Notes under the pieces: model-generated
Seen by the model: only the letters and a program-made list of their open reading frames with translations
Told to the model about the DNA's origin: nothing
Databases searched by the model: none
Assembly: GCF_006345805.1 (NCBI RefSeq)
Contig: NC_043004.1
Span: 31,434,001 to 31,498,000, forward strand
DNA from: Octopus sinensis
Taxonomy: Eukaryota
Direction of reading: 5' to 3'
DNA: 64,000 bases
Program-made: the position numbers and the translations under genes
In this document: piece by piece, positions 52,631 through 64,000 of the stretch
Position numbering within the stretch: the stretch's first letter is position 1
Layout of the letters: each line of letters begins with the position of its first letter

Positions 52631-52789
52631 TATTATTATTTTATGTTTGACTTTTGCTTTGTATTTGTACAAGTTGGCTCCAAGTCTCACCCAGAGACCT
52701 CAAGAGACAACAAGTTAGAAGTTCATGTTGGTGTTATGCCTATGGTGCCATATATTTGGTTTTGTACATAGTATTGTTCTACAGAATGT

Positions 52790-53290
52790 TTAAGAAACCA
52801 TAAGAAAATTATGTGTTAGTTTTAAAATTTGAAATTACATAGTCAGTATTTTGTGTAGGATATGGGCAGTTCCCATGAGCACTATCTTTTGTATTTCTGC
52901 CATTTTGGGGCTTCCTGGTATCTGAGCTAGGTAGCAACCAGCCCATTTTGCTATCATTCCTAGGGCACCTATGACAACAGGTATTGTTTTAGTCTTCAGG
53001 TTCCACATTTTGCTGATTTCTAGTTCAAGATCTTTATACTTGCTCAGTTTTTGGTAGGTCTTGATAGATACGTTTATATCGATTGGGACAGTCATATCAA
53101 TGAGGAGGCATGATATTTGTCTGAAGTCTTTCAATATAATGTCTGGCCTATTTGCATCTATCTTTCTGTCAGTTTGAATGGTGAAGTTGCAGAGGAGTGA
53201 GATGTGGTCATTTTCAAGTACTGGAGGTAGTTTGTGTTCCCACCAGTTTTTATCATGGGGCAGGTCCAGCTTTTGCAAATAACCCAGTGA
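52790..53290 (-). mobile_element. Non-LTR retrotransposon 3' fragment with restriction-like endonuclease domain (R4/Dong-like)
   Basis: ORF 52835..53278: ENDHISLL.NFTIQTDRKIDANRPDII...LLIDMTVP...KLSKYKDL...IPVVIGALG (PD..D and K..KY motifs). Confidence 0.85.
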
Positions 53291-53689
53291 ATATATTGTG
53301 CAGCTCTATCATGCCTGTTGAGATATTCTGTAGGTGCAAGAAGACTGCACTTGGAGACAACATGATCAATGGTGTCATTTTGTGCTCTTCACCATATCAC
53401 TTTGTTTTTTGCATTGTCAATCATCTCTCCTCAAACCTCCTTCCAACTGATGTATCATTGAGTTGGTTACCCTTCAACTTCCTCCTCAAGCCTATTCAAT
53501 TTCTACAGTTATTACCTACTCTTCCTTATCTCCCTTATCTTCCCTCAACACTTGCACAAAATATTCACCCTCTCACCTTTACGGAAACTCATATTGCATA
53601 ATTTTAAATGGTTAACAATTATATAAAGTCTAGCTAGGAGTAGTAAGCTACGAAATTCTTACATTCTCTTGATTTCCTGTAATTCAGAC

Positions 53690-54000
53690 CACTCCAGATC
53701 CTAGCAGACAAAATAGAAAATGCTTTGCTCCGGACGATAACGGGAGAGATGCACTGGAATAGCCACTCTGATTCATGGAGTTTGCACTTGCAGACAGAAA
53801 GCCACCTCTCATTCTACAATACACTCTTGCAACCTCTACACACCCACACTTCCTGTTCTCCTGTCCCCACTCATTTCTGCTCACTTCATATCTTGAGGGT
53901 CCACCGTGACACCTCATCACCACTATTTTAATCTCACTTCAGTCCTACCCTAACCACTCTCAACCTTTTTTCTATGATGTAGGTAGCTGTGTAGATTCTC
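53690..54000 (-). mobile_element. RTE-type LINE 3' fragment
   Basis: Degenerate R..RL.W.GH..R-type region on the minus strand. Sequence style matches the 21360 fragment. Confidence 0.5.
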
Positions 54001-56548
54001 CAGCAAGGAACCTATTCTATTCTGGCCTTCTTCTCTCACAGTAATCCATCATCCTATAGCATAAAGCTGCCTCTCTCTCAACTGTAGTCCTACTTAGTCG
54101 AAAGGGATCTCAGTCTCACAGGCTACATGGCAACCTCACTAGAGCTAGTGCTACAAAAACAGTACACTCCCAGTACACTTTGTGAAATGGTTGGCATTAG
54201 GAAGGGCACCCAGCCATACAAACTATGCCAAAGCAGATATTGGAGCAGGGTGCAGCCTTTGGATCAATCAGATCCTGTTAAACTATCCAACTTGGAATAT
54301 TGCCATTAAAAGATGATGCTGCTGATGATTATGATAATGATCATCATCATTGTTTAATGTCTGTTTTCCATGTTGGCATGGGTTGGACGGTTTGACAGGA
54401 GCTGTCCAGGCTCCAATTGTCAGTTTTGGCATAGTTTCTATGGTTGGATGCTCTTCTTATTACTAACCATTTTACTGAGTGTGTTGGGTACTTTTTACAT
54501 GCTATTGGCACAGGTGTCTCTATGTGGTACCAGCATGAATGCATTTTACATGGCACCAGTACCTGCAAGTCAAAGACCTCTTAGCTGGGAGAGGGAGAGG
54601 GGGCATGGCTATAAAGGCCATGCCTGTATGTATGGATGGCTGTGATTTTACTTAGCTTGATATGTCTTGTCAAGTACAGCAAATCACCTGAAGTTTTGGT
54701 CCATTGTCATCTCAGTGATGTGATTGAAGAGAAGACCCATCAAGCTGAGCAAAATCTCAGTCATGGCAGATATCGGTGTCATGCAAATTGGCACCCCGGT
54801 GTCACACAAATGGCACATAGAAGCACCCATTACACTCTCGGAGTGGTTGGCGTTAGGAAGGGCATCCAGCCAAATCATACTGAAGTCTAGTGCAGCCTTC
54901 CAGTGTACCAGCACAGTCAAACTGTCCAACCTGTACCAACATGGACAACAGATGTTAAATGATGATGATGATGACACACATTTTCCGACATGCCATGCAC
55001 AGTATTATATATCCATTATGGCCGATCTTACCAATTGGTTTCACACATGCGATATGCTGTGCTTGTGAAGACTTGTCAAACCAAGTGAAATCGCAGTCAT
55101 CGCTGATGTCAGTGTCATCTGACTGGCGCCTGTGCCAGTGACACATAAAAAGCACCATTTAAGTGTTGGGCCTCAGGGAGGCAGTGACAGGTGACCAAGA
55201 CCTTTGGTGGTATACCGTGCTTGTGTAGATCTGTCAAGCCAAGTGAGACTAGCCATGGCTTATGCTGGTGTCAGGTCAATAGCACATAAAAAACACCCAC
55301 TACAATCTTGGAGTGGTTGGCATTAGAAAGGGCATCCAGCCGTAGAAACTTTGCCAGATCAGATTGGAACCTGGTGCAGACCCCTGGCTTACCAGTTTTC
55401 AGTCAAACTGTCCAACTATACCAGCATGGAAAGTGGACATTAAATGAGGATTAGATTATGTAAAGCATCCCTTTTTTCTTTTAAGCATATAGGATGTTAT
55501 ATGAGAGAGATTTGGCTGTTATTTTCAGCAGGTTGAAGGGTTATGTAGAGACTCCTTTGTTCGCTGAAAATAAGTGGTCGTTTTCCTTAAGGTCAACCCT
55601 GATTACAGTCAAAGCTACTGACCACCCAATCTTCAGTATTCAGCTATACTCCACACAGAACTTTATTTAATGTCCCTTTTTTTAAAGAAAGTTTGGCTGC
55701 TATTTACAGCAATTATGCACCCATTTGGCGACTCCTCTATTGGTTTGTTAGCAGTAGTAGTAGTAGTAGTAAGCATAGTCAGTTGACTGTATTGTATACA
55801 TCCCATACAAAAACTGTGGTGTTTAAATTAACCCTGATCAGTCAGTCCTATGATCAAAATAGTGCGCTTGTCATCACTGCCTTGGGTTACATTATCCAAC
55901 GTGTCCTTTTTGTTATAAGATGGTAGGGTATAATTTGAGGGAAATTGAGCTGCCATTTCTGGTATCTCAGGTGACAACGTGGTGATTCCCTCGTTGTCTC
56001 GGTCAACTACATATATTTACTTGTAAAAGTAATAAGAAATGTCTTCCGGGTGCATTAGTCAGTTAAGGGGAGATAATTTCCAATGCGTTCGGGTTTTTGA
56101 GCAGTGCTGTTCTTTTATAGTTTAATATTGCCTGCTACTGAAACATTCATCAGGTACATTACTCTCCTACCACTTACTGTAGTGAATTGTATCTTTCTGT
56201 TTTACAGCCAGGTAGACTGGGCTATCATTCACCTGTGACAAGATTGGGTAGTGTGCTTCAAAAATTTCACTTTACAACCATAATATTCCGTTTTTCAAGC
56301 CCACCGTACAAATACCTTGGCAAGTAGTTGGGAAATAGTCTTATTAACCACACAACTATGCCTGCATCTACAACCTGCCTGTACATTCAGAATATAATTT
56401 TGTTATTTCTACATTGCAGATAGTAGAAACTGTTTTTAGTCAGAATTATTTCCAGTTCTGTTGTTGTTCTCAAGATATTAATTTAGTTTCTAAGATATTA
56501 ATTTACCATTCTTTTATTGAAATTAATTCCATGTTTTATTTTCTTTAG

Positions 56549-56613
56549 AAAGTGATAGTATTGTTGCTTGTCGTTATTCTGAGGAGAAAACTTTATCTTG
56601 GCTCCAACGTAAG
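56549..56613 (+). CDS. RNASEH2B: RNASEH2B coding exon 6 (KSDSIVACRYSEEKTLSWLQRK)
   Basis: CTTTAG acceptor, GTAAAT donor, 65 nt. YSEEKTLSWL..K matches the conserved YS.EKTL.WL..K. Confidence 0.95.
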
Positions 56614-57818
56614 GTAAATATAGTTCTAGACTTTTTACTTTTAGTGTATTTTAGGAAGGTTACTTGGCTTGTATGATAAAACAGTTGTGGACAATTTTAA
56701 GAAATATAATAATCATAAAGATAATGGTTTCAAATTTTGGCACAAGGCCAGCAAGTTTTGGGGTTCAGGGGCTAGTTGATTACATCAAGCCCAGTATTCA
56801 ACTGGTACTTATTTTATTGACTCTCAAAGGATAGAAGGCAGTTGACCTTGGTGGAATTTGTACTCAGGACAATTTGAACTCAGAGCATTTTGTTCAGTGT
56901 GCTAATGATTCTGTTTCCACTAATTATGCTATTCCTAGCTTACCAAGCATTTCTATTATAAGGTAAATCTATGTTGTTTTTTTTTAATCTCGATGGCAAA
57001 AAAATCCAAATAGGTGCAGGAATAATTGTGTCATTAAGAAGTTTGTTTCACAACCACATGGAACTTGGGTTATTTCTACTGTGTGGTACTCCAGGCAATT
57101 GTCTTCTACTGTAACCTTGTGTGTTCCTCATGGAATGTAGTTATGAAAGCCCTTTGTGTATAAAAATTAGGTATAATGAGTGATGACTGGGTTTGGTAGA
57201 CAACAAAAGAAAACAAAAAACTTGAAGAAAGCACAATAATGTGTATTGTTGCCAGTTTTAGAGTTCAAACTCTATATTAAAGGATTATCAATCTTCTAGA
57301 GTTTGTTCTAGAAAGTTCTCTGGCATTTTCTGTAATGGAGTCTGTGAGTGTGTGTGTATGTGCATGCATGTTAAATGTATAGTAGTTGTACATGAGAAAT
57401 GGGAAAATATCAGTGATTATCACTGTTAATAAAGAGTAAAATCCCATATTAAATCTTTTTAATCCTTTTGATACCAATCTGCTTGAGACCATCCTGGGTT
57501 CTATGATGCAAACTTTTGTTTTAAAGTGATGCAAATTAATATCCTTCATCAATATTTCATGTTAATTTATGCTTCAAAAACCAGTTCAAATTCTTCATTG
57601 TTTTCAAAATGAATTGAAAGAAAGGCAAGAGCATTTCAACAGATATCTGATTGCAAAAGAGTTAATCTTCTAGAATTAATTCTGTTTTGGAGAGTTCTTT
57701 GATATTTTCTGTGCATGCTTGTGTACTAAATGCATGTAAGAAATGATGTATAAACTAGAGGAAAATGTTTGGCTGTGATCAACACTCACTTTTATAATTT
57801 TGTTTCATTTTCTGCAAG

Positions 57819-57927
57819 GTACAAAGGGTAGCGAAATTTTTGTCTGAAAAAGGGGTGCATGTCTCAGAAGGTGTTGCACATTCAAAGACATACGTAAAGT
57901 CCATGAAAGAAAATCCTCATTTAAAAG
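57819..57927 (+). CDS. RNASEH2B: RNASEH2B coding exon 7 (VQRVAKFLSEKGVHVSEGVAHSKTYVKSMKENPHLK-E)
   Basis: Polypyrimidine tract with CTGCAAG acceptor, GTAAGA donor, 109 nt. It supplies exactly the phase 0 to 1 bridge needed between exons 6 and 8. Confidence 0.88.
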
Positions 57928-58689
57928 GTAAGACAGAATTACATTTTTAATCATTTTTCTTCTTGCTATGTACTTAAGAAGTTTGCTTTCCAACAACATG
58001 GTTTTAATGCTTTCCAACAACATGATTTTAAGTTCAGTCCCACTGCATGGAGCCAAGACCAACCAAAGCCTTGTGAGTAGATTTGGTAGTCAGAGAACTG
58101 AAAGAAGCTGTTGCATGTGTGTGAGCATGTGTATATATATGTATGTTTATATCGCCTTGTCTTGACATCGCATGATAGCTGTAAACGAGTGTTGTTGTCA
58201 TACAAGCAGCGTCAATCATTGCCAATGTTCTGTGAAAAAATGCCTGGGCATGTGGTAGTATGAATATGCTTGGAAACAGGTGAGGGTTGATGACAGGAAG
58301 GGCACCTACCTGTAGAAAACCTGCTTCAACAATCTCTGTCTGGCCCATGCAAGCATGGAAAAGTGGACATTAAAAGGCTGATGATGATGATGATGGTGTA
58401 TGTGCTATGTGGGTTCATTACTGTCTCCTTCTTTTGACATTGTATGATAGTTGTAAACAAGCATCTCCATTATACAAGTAGTGTCTTTTGTTTCCAGTCA
58501 TCTGTAGAAATAAGTTTGACCATGGGGAAATATTATCTTGCTTGGAAACAGGTGAGAATTGACAACTGGAAGGGCATCCAGCCATAGAAAATCTGCCTCA
58601 ATGAATTTTATCTAAAGTGGAACAGTTGTGTTATATACACACACACAACAGAAGTAAATAGACACCCTTATAATCGTTAAAATTTATTT

Positions 58690-59420
58690 AATTCTGGAAT
58701 GATACGTTCAAATTATTTATTGATTATTATAATGTGAATATCTAATATTTTGTAGACATGCCCTTTGCATTTTTCAATGCAAAGACTCTATTAGGCATAC
58801 TACTGATCAGATGAATATTCTCTCAAGGAATCTCTTGCTAACCTTTATGCAGTAATCTCAAAAGATCTGGCTTTGAGGATGCTTTCTTATTCCTTTAATG
58901 AAGTGTCCTGTCCATTATACCCCAGAGGTGTTCAATAGGGTTCATATCTGGTGACTGGCTTGGCCATTGAAGCTTTTTAATGCCATTCTCTTCCAACCAA
59001 TCTTGGTTTTTTTTTTTAGCCATGTGACAAGGAGCCCCATCTTCCATAAATAAAGAGTCTTCTTTAATCGTTTCACCATTGGAGAAGATTGGAAGGAGTC
59101 CTTGCTGCAATATGGACACATATTTATCTGAGTTTGTTTCCCTCACACTCCTCTAGCTCTGATTGACCATTGTTCCAAACTGCTCCCCAGACCATCACAA
59201 AATAGCTGCCATGTTTCATTGTTGGCTGCAAACTTATCACGTCAAATTCTTGATCACAGAGTCTCCACTGTTAGAAAATACAGCATATCTGGACTCATCA
59301 GAGAATATGATTGTCCCAAAATGCTAGTGACCTCTCCACCATCTCACTTGCCCAATCTTTTCTCTATTTTTCTCTACAAGTTTGTGGAGACACCTGACTG
59401 CTGACATCAACTTGTTCTAT
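58690..59420 (-). mobile_element. Tc1-like (D,D34E) transposon relic
   Basis: ORF 58895..59146: FMEDGAPCH...WPSQSPDMNPIEHLWGIM. Confidence 0.85.
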
Positions 59421-59931
59421 GTCAGAGGCCTTGCAACAAGGATTATTCTCCATACTTCTTGTAAAGCAAAGGGTCCTGGTTGACCTGGCAAAAGACACTG
59501 ATAGAATAAGTACTAGGCTTACAAAGAATAATTCTTGGGGTCGATTTGCTCGACTGAAGGTGGTGTTCCAGCATGGTCGCAGTCAAATGACTGAAACAAG
59601 TAAAAGAGTATGCAGAAAATACCAGCTTCCAAATTCTGTTTTCTGATTGGGTAAAAATAATCAAACTTTAAACTGCTGTAACATTTTTCTAAAATTTTTG
59701 TGGAACAAGTGAATAACAACATGAGATTCAGCGTGAAAAATTACATTAATTTTGAAAATTTAAAAATTTTCACTTAACTTGAAAATTTCAAAATGGGAAA
59801 GCCAAACAGAAAAGATTCAATTTTTGCTTCTTCTGAAATGAAATTTTATTTAAAACTATTTTCTTTCAATAATTTGTTTACTCATTAATCACTTTCTTAT
59901 TTTTTTTTGCATTTTTTGTTTGTCACCTCAG

Positions 59932-60013
59932 AGGAAGCCATGTTATATGCATTTGGTATGGTGTCTAATTACATCTGTGATGACTTGCAGAAGAAATTGA
60001 AAGAGAAACTAGG
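59932..60013 (+). CDS. RNASEH2B: RNASEH2B coding exon 8 (EEAMLYAFGMVSNYICDDLQKKLKEKL-G)
   Basis: CCTCAG acceptor, GTAAGA donor, 82 nt. Matches YA.G..S.Y....L...L. The C-terminal exons were not found in the window. Confidence 0.92.
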
Positions 60014-61611
60014 GTAAGAATCAATAATATTAATATGTCAATTTTTTAATTTTTTTTTTTATGTACCTGTCATGTGTGTCACACTTCAAAGAAGAAGTGA
60101 GTGGCAAAGTGAGACAGAAAGAGAGAGAGCGAAAGAAACAGTGAGTGGTGACAGTGTTCATTTTGTGTTTTTAAATGTTTCAGAGAGGAAGTAAGAGAGA
60201 GAGAGAGACAGTGAGTGGTGACTGTTTTGTGTTTTTAAATGTTTATCACATTGCAAGAAAAGTTGATACATAGATACATACATTGTTAAATTAAAAGCAG
60301 GAGAGGAGGGACACAAGTGAAAGAGAGAAAGTGAGAGAGACGGTAGATACATAGATCCAAAGAAAAGTTGATACATAGATACATAGACACAGCAAATATT
60401 GGATGTCACTTTCACTTTTTATTACCATACGAGGATAAAATTAACTTGCAGTGGCTGAGTCTCTCTGCAGACATGCATATCATTAATGTAATTCTCAGGG
60501 AGATTTAGCCTCACACAAAATATGACAAGGCTGGCCCTTTGAATTACAGCTACAACTCTTTTTGGCCAGCTGAGTGGACTGGAGCACGATAAACCTTCAA
60601 GTGGTTGGAAGAAAACAAAAAAGATCCTATATAGAAGCAGGAAAATCTTTTTGGTCGTTTGGGTCACTATGGGTGTTAATCTGGTCCTAATAGTGGCATT
60701 TGTTGGTCTCACAGGTCTGGAGCCCAAACCCCCAGATGAACACTGATGCAGAGGCTGTTGTTATTAAACTGAGCGTGAGTTGAGGGCAATTATTTCATCT
60801 TAGCTTTCACTGCTTATACTAAACACATGACATTTTTGCTTTACGATATGGAACATTTCCTTTTCTTTCACTCTTTTTTAAAAATGGCACTTCGTTGGTT
60901 ATGATGACGAGGTTCCTGTTTATCTGATCAACGAATAGTCTGCTTGTAAAATTAACGTGCAAGTGGCTGAGTACTCCACAGACATGCATACCATAAGGTA
61001 TGTTCTCTGAATTACAGCTATTATTATTGAGTGAGAGATCAGTGCATGCCATCAAAGTGACACTGGTGTAAAATATACGAAGCCCAGTATACCCATCATA
61101 ACTACCCGTCTGATAAGGGTACTCCAGGCACATGCATCACAACCATATGTGTGTGACATGGTGATCTCATATCAAGATAAACAGCGCATGACCTTGCAAG
61201 TGGGGCCCAGTTAGAATTTTAGAATTTTCTTCTGGTCAAGTAGCCCATCCTGCACAAAAGGTACCTGAATAAGGATTGTTTAAGGATGTTGAACGAACCA
61301 CCCATGTTTCCAAAAGTGAATTATCCAAACCTCTAAGAATTCCTTTCAACACACAGCTATGATGCTCCCCCACTACTTCTGCTCATGATCAGAGATGCAC
61401 ATATCGTCAGTCACTAAGAGACATGCTCAACTGGTTAATGTCAAACAACTGACAAGCAAATCTGTGGTATTGAGCAGAATATTTGCTGTAGCCCATCTTT
61501 TATACCAAGACAAAACAATGTACATGATAACACTTCCAATCAGTTAAGATCAGGAGCCATGAGAGCCACTGCCTGGTACTGTATCAGGGCAAACTGTGGT
61601 ATTGAGAGTAA

Positions 61612-62060
61612 GGCAGCGAGCTGGCAGAAACGTTAGCACACCAGGCAAAATGCTTAGCAGTGTTTCATCTGTCTTTACATTCTGAGTTTAAATGCTGCCA
61701 TGATTGACTTTGCCTTTCATCCTTTGAGGGTCGATAAAATAAGTACCAGTCGAGCATTGGAGTCAATGTAATCAATTTAGCTCTTTCCCTGAAATTGTCA
61801 GCCTTGTTGCCAAAATTTGAAAGCAATTTTTTTCTATGTGGAAGGCGGTGAGCTGGCAGAATCATTAGCATGCCAGAGAAACTGCTTTGTGGCATTTCTT
61901 CTAGATTTATACTCTGGGTTAAAATACTGCCAAGGTCAACTTTGCCTTTCATCCTCTCCAGCTTGATAAAATAAGTACCAGTTAAGCACAAGGGTCATTG
62001 TAATCAAATTACCCTCTCCCTTGAACTTGCTGGCCTTGTGCCAAAATTTGAAACCAGTAA
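61612..62060 (+). mobile_element. Two tandem copies of a second SINE family (ggcagcgagctggcagaa..ttagca..ctgagttcaaat..)
   Basis: Recurrent element also at about 1215-1430, 8945-9170, 24720-24970, 41425-41480 plus 42180-42290, and 56710-56910. Confidence 0.8.
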
Positions 62061-62065
62061 TTTAA

Positions 62066-63152
62066 CCCTTTTGTTACCAAACCGCCCAAAGCCGCCCGAA
62101 AAAGATTTTGGTTAATGTGACCAAACCGCCCAAAGCCGCCTGAATTTACCTATTCATATTTAAATGAGAATATCAGAGCAAATCTCTTTAGTATATTCGT
62201 GAAAACACGTATTATACTTCGTAAACAGTTCAACTACAGTTTTGTACAATAATCGAAGTGTAATTTTAATTCCGTGAATTTTGGGAGATTTTTTTCCGAA
62301 ATTTGTTCCTATTGTGTTTTCAAAATTTGTAATTCTGACAAAAAATGGATACGAATTTCATTATATCAAGCAGTGAGTCAGAATTCGAAGGCTTTTCTAC
62401 TGAAGACCTTCATAAATCTAACTCTATGACTGAAAAAAAAAAGCATGTGGTATTTGATAATGAATCTGATGTTTCATTTTCCGAAAGTGAAAACAGTGAA
62501 TCCGAGAGCTCCGACAGCGATAAAGAAAATGAATTGGCACCTGAATGGAGTGAAAATTTAAAAACTGTTTCTTTCGGTGATTTTTCTGAAGAAACTGGAC
62601 CAAGCCACAGACTTTCCCAAGAGAGTAAAGCCTTAGACTATTTCTATTTACTTTTTCGAATGAGCCTATTTGAAATCATTACGGCAGAAACGAACCGTTA
62701 CGCTAAACGTAAACAAAGTGAAAGAAGGGATAGTTTGTGGTTTCCCACAACCTTAAATGAAATTAAGACCATTTTGCCATAAATATTATTATGGGTATCA
62801 GAAAGTTACCCAGAATAACAAATTCTATCGTAAAATTTTGTTGTATACCCAATTGAATATTAGCTAATAACCCATTTTCTATAGCGATGTTTGAACAAAA
62901 TTTTAATAATTTTATATTTTGTTGAATTTACCTGTATCTACCTGCAATTAGAGTCACTTTGTGACAAAAATTATAGTATAGAATTGGTTGAGAATATTTC
63001 ATTAAATTATCTTCCAAAAATCAGATTAATATATTGATAAATAAAAAAAGTTATAGTTGTTTAATGAAACCAGACTAAATTTATGATTACGTTAGAAATT
63101 AATTGAAACACATAAGGGGTGTAATTTGGTCAGAAATATAGTAACGAAAGGG
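62066..63152 (+). mobile_element. Internally deleted piggyBac element
   Basis: TTAA|CCCTTTTGTTAC ... GTAACGAAAGGG|TTAC. ORF 62345..62782 has an acidic Ser-rich N-terminus followed by DYFYLLF...I.AETNRYA..W..TT.NEIK, then truncates. Confidence 0.85.
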
Positions 63153-64000
63153 TTACGGTGTAAGTCAGAACTGGAATTTAGTTGCATATTGTTACATTCT
63201 GACCTTTCCTTTCACCCTTGCTGTGTTGGTAAATAAATTACAAGTCAAATACTGAAGTTGATTTAAAGACTATACCTCTCCACAAATTATTGTCTATGTT
63301 AACAATGAATATTTTAATTGGAGTAGCAGACAGATCACTTAGCCCTTTTGATATCAAGCAAGACCACCCCTGGTTCTGTGATACAATCTTCCTGTTTTAA
63401 AGTAGTCTAAGTTAAAACTTCCCATTAAAAGTTCATGTTGATTTATGTTCCAAACAGCTTAACAAAAACAGTTGTTTTACTAAATCCTTCACTATTTTTG
63501 AAATTGAAACAAAGATAGTGTATTTCAACAGAAATATGGTAACAAAAAAGTTAATGACATTAGTTTACTGATGTACCAGTGAACTGATGAACTAGCCTGC
63601 TATGGTATCAGTAGACCAATGATTATCACTGTACCAATGGTATAAGCCTACTGATAATACCACTGTAGTTATAGTATCAATTTGCTGATGGTATCAATCT
63701 ACTAATGGTCTCAATATTCTCTGATGACTCCTCTCCTTCAGTCATTAAATAAAGATGAAGTAGATCTTCAGTGTTGTCTTAGCTGTATTATTGCATTAGA
63801 TTATTGGTTATTATTGCATAACATTCTTGGTTATTATTACATTAGGTTATAGGTTTATTACTACTTTAGGTTTTAAGTTATTACTACATTAGATTATAAA
63901 TTATCATTACATTACACCAATTTGAGGGGTTTTTTAATGAACTAATTAAAATACTTTACATCATTATTATTTGCATGTTTTAATGTGTAACTCTTTTAAA

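Noticed and set aside
63742-63800. Candidate RNASEH2B exon 9 after a strong CTCTCCTTCAG acceptor
   Set aside because: In the required phase it reads GGT CAT TAA and lacks the basic C-terminal and PIP-box region.
1-64000. CRISPR arrays, rRNA genes or prokaryotic operons
   Set aside because: There is no repeat-spacer pattern or rRNA sequence. The spliced genes and SINEs show this is animal nuclear DNA.

Overview
AT-rich, intron-rich animal genomic DNA. The SINE repertoire points to an octopod cephalopod (Octopus-like); this is inferred, not searched. Two housekeeping genes are read exon by exon with consistent GT-AG phases, and they diverge across about 16 kb of transposon-rich spacer. EIF2S3 (eIF2 gamma) is on the minus strand: coding exons 1-5 lie at 17072 down to 1720 and the gene continues off the left edge. 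RNASEH2B is on the plus strand: coding exons 1-8 lie at 33379-60013 and the 3' end was not found in the window. The rest is SINEs, microsatellites, LINE fragments (RTE, R4/Dong-like) and DNA transposon relics (mariner, maT-like, Tc1, pogo-like, hAT/Buster, piggyBac, Merlin-like MITE). The most notable accessory signals are: a tRNA-headed SINE carrying a Penelope-type minimal hammerhead ribozyme, with an inverted decayed twin; a young 764-bp head-to-tail array inserted into a SINE; an out-of-frame uORF overlapping the eIF2-gamma start; an orphan promoter-like CpG island in eIF2-gamma intron 1; and several long near-perfect palindromes. Family assignments come from recalled protein and terminal-repeat motifs; no database search was run.
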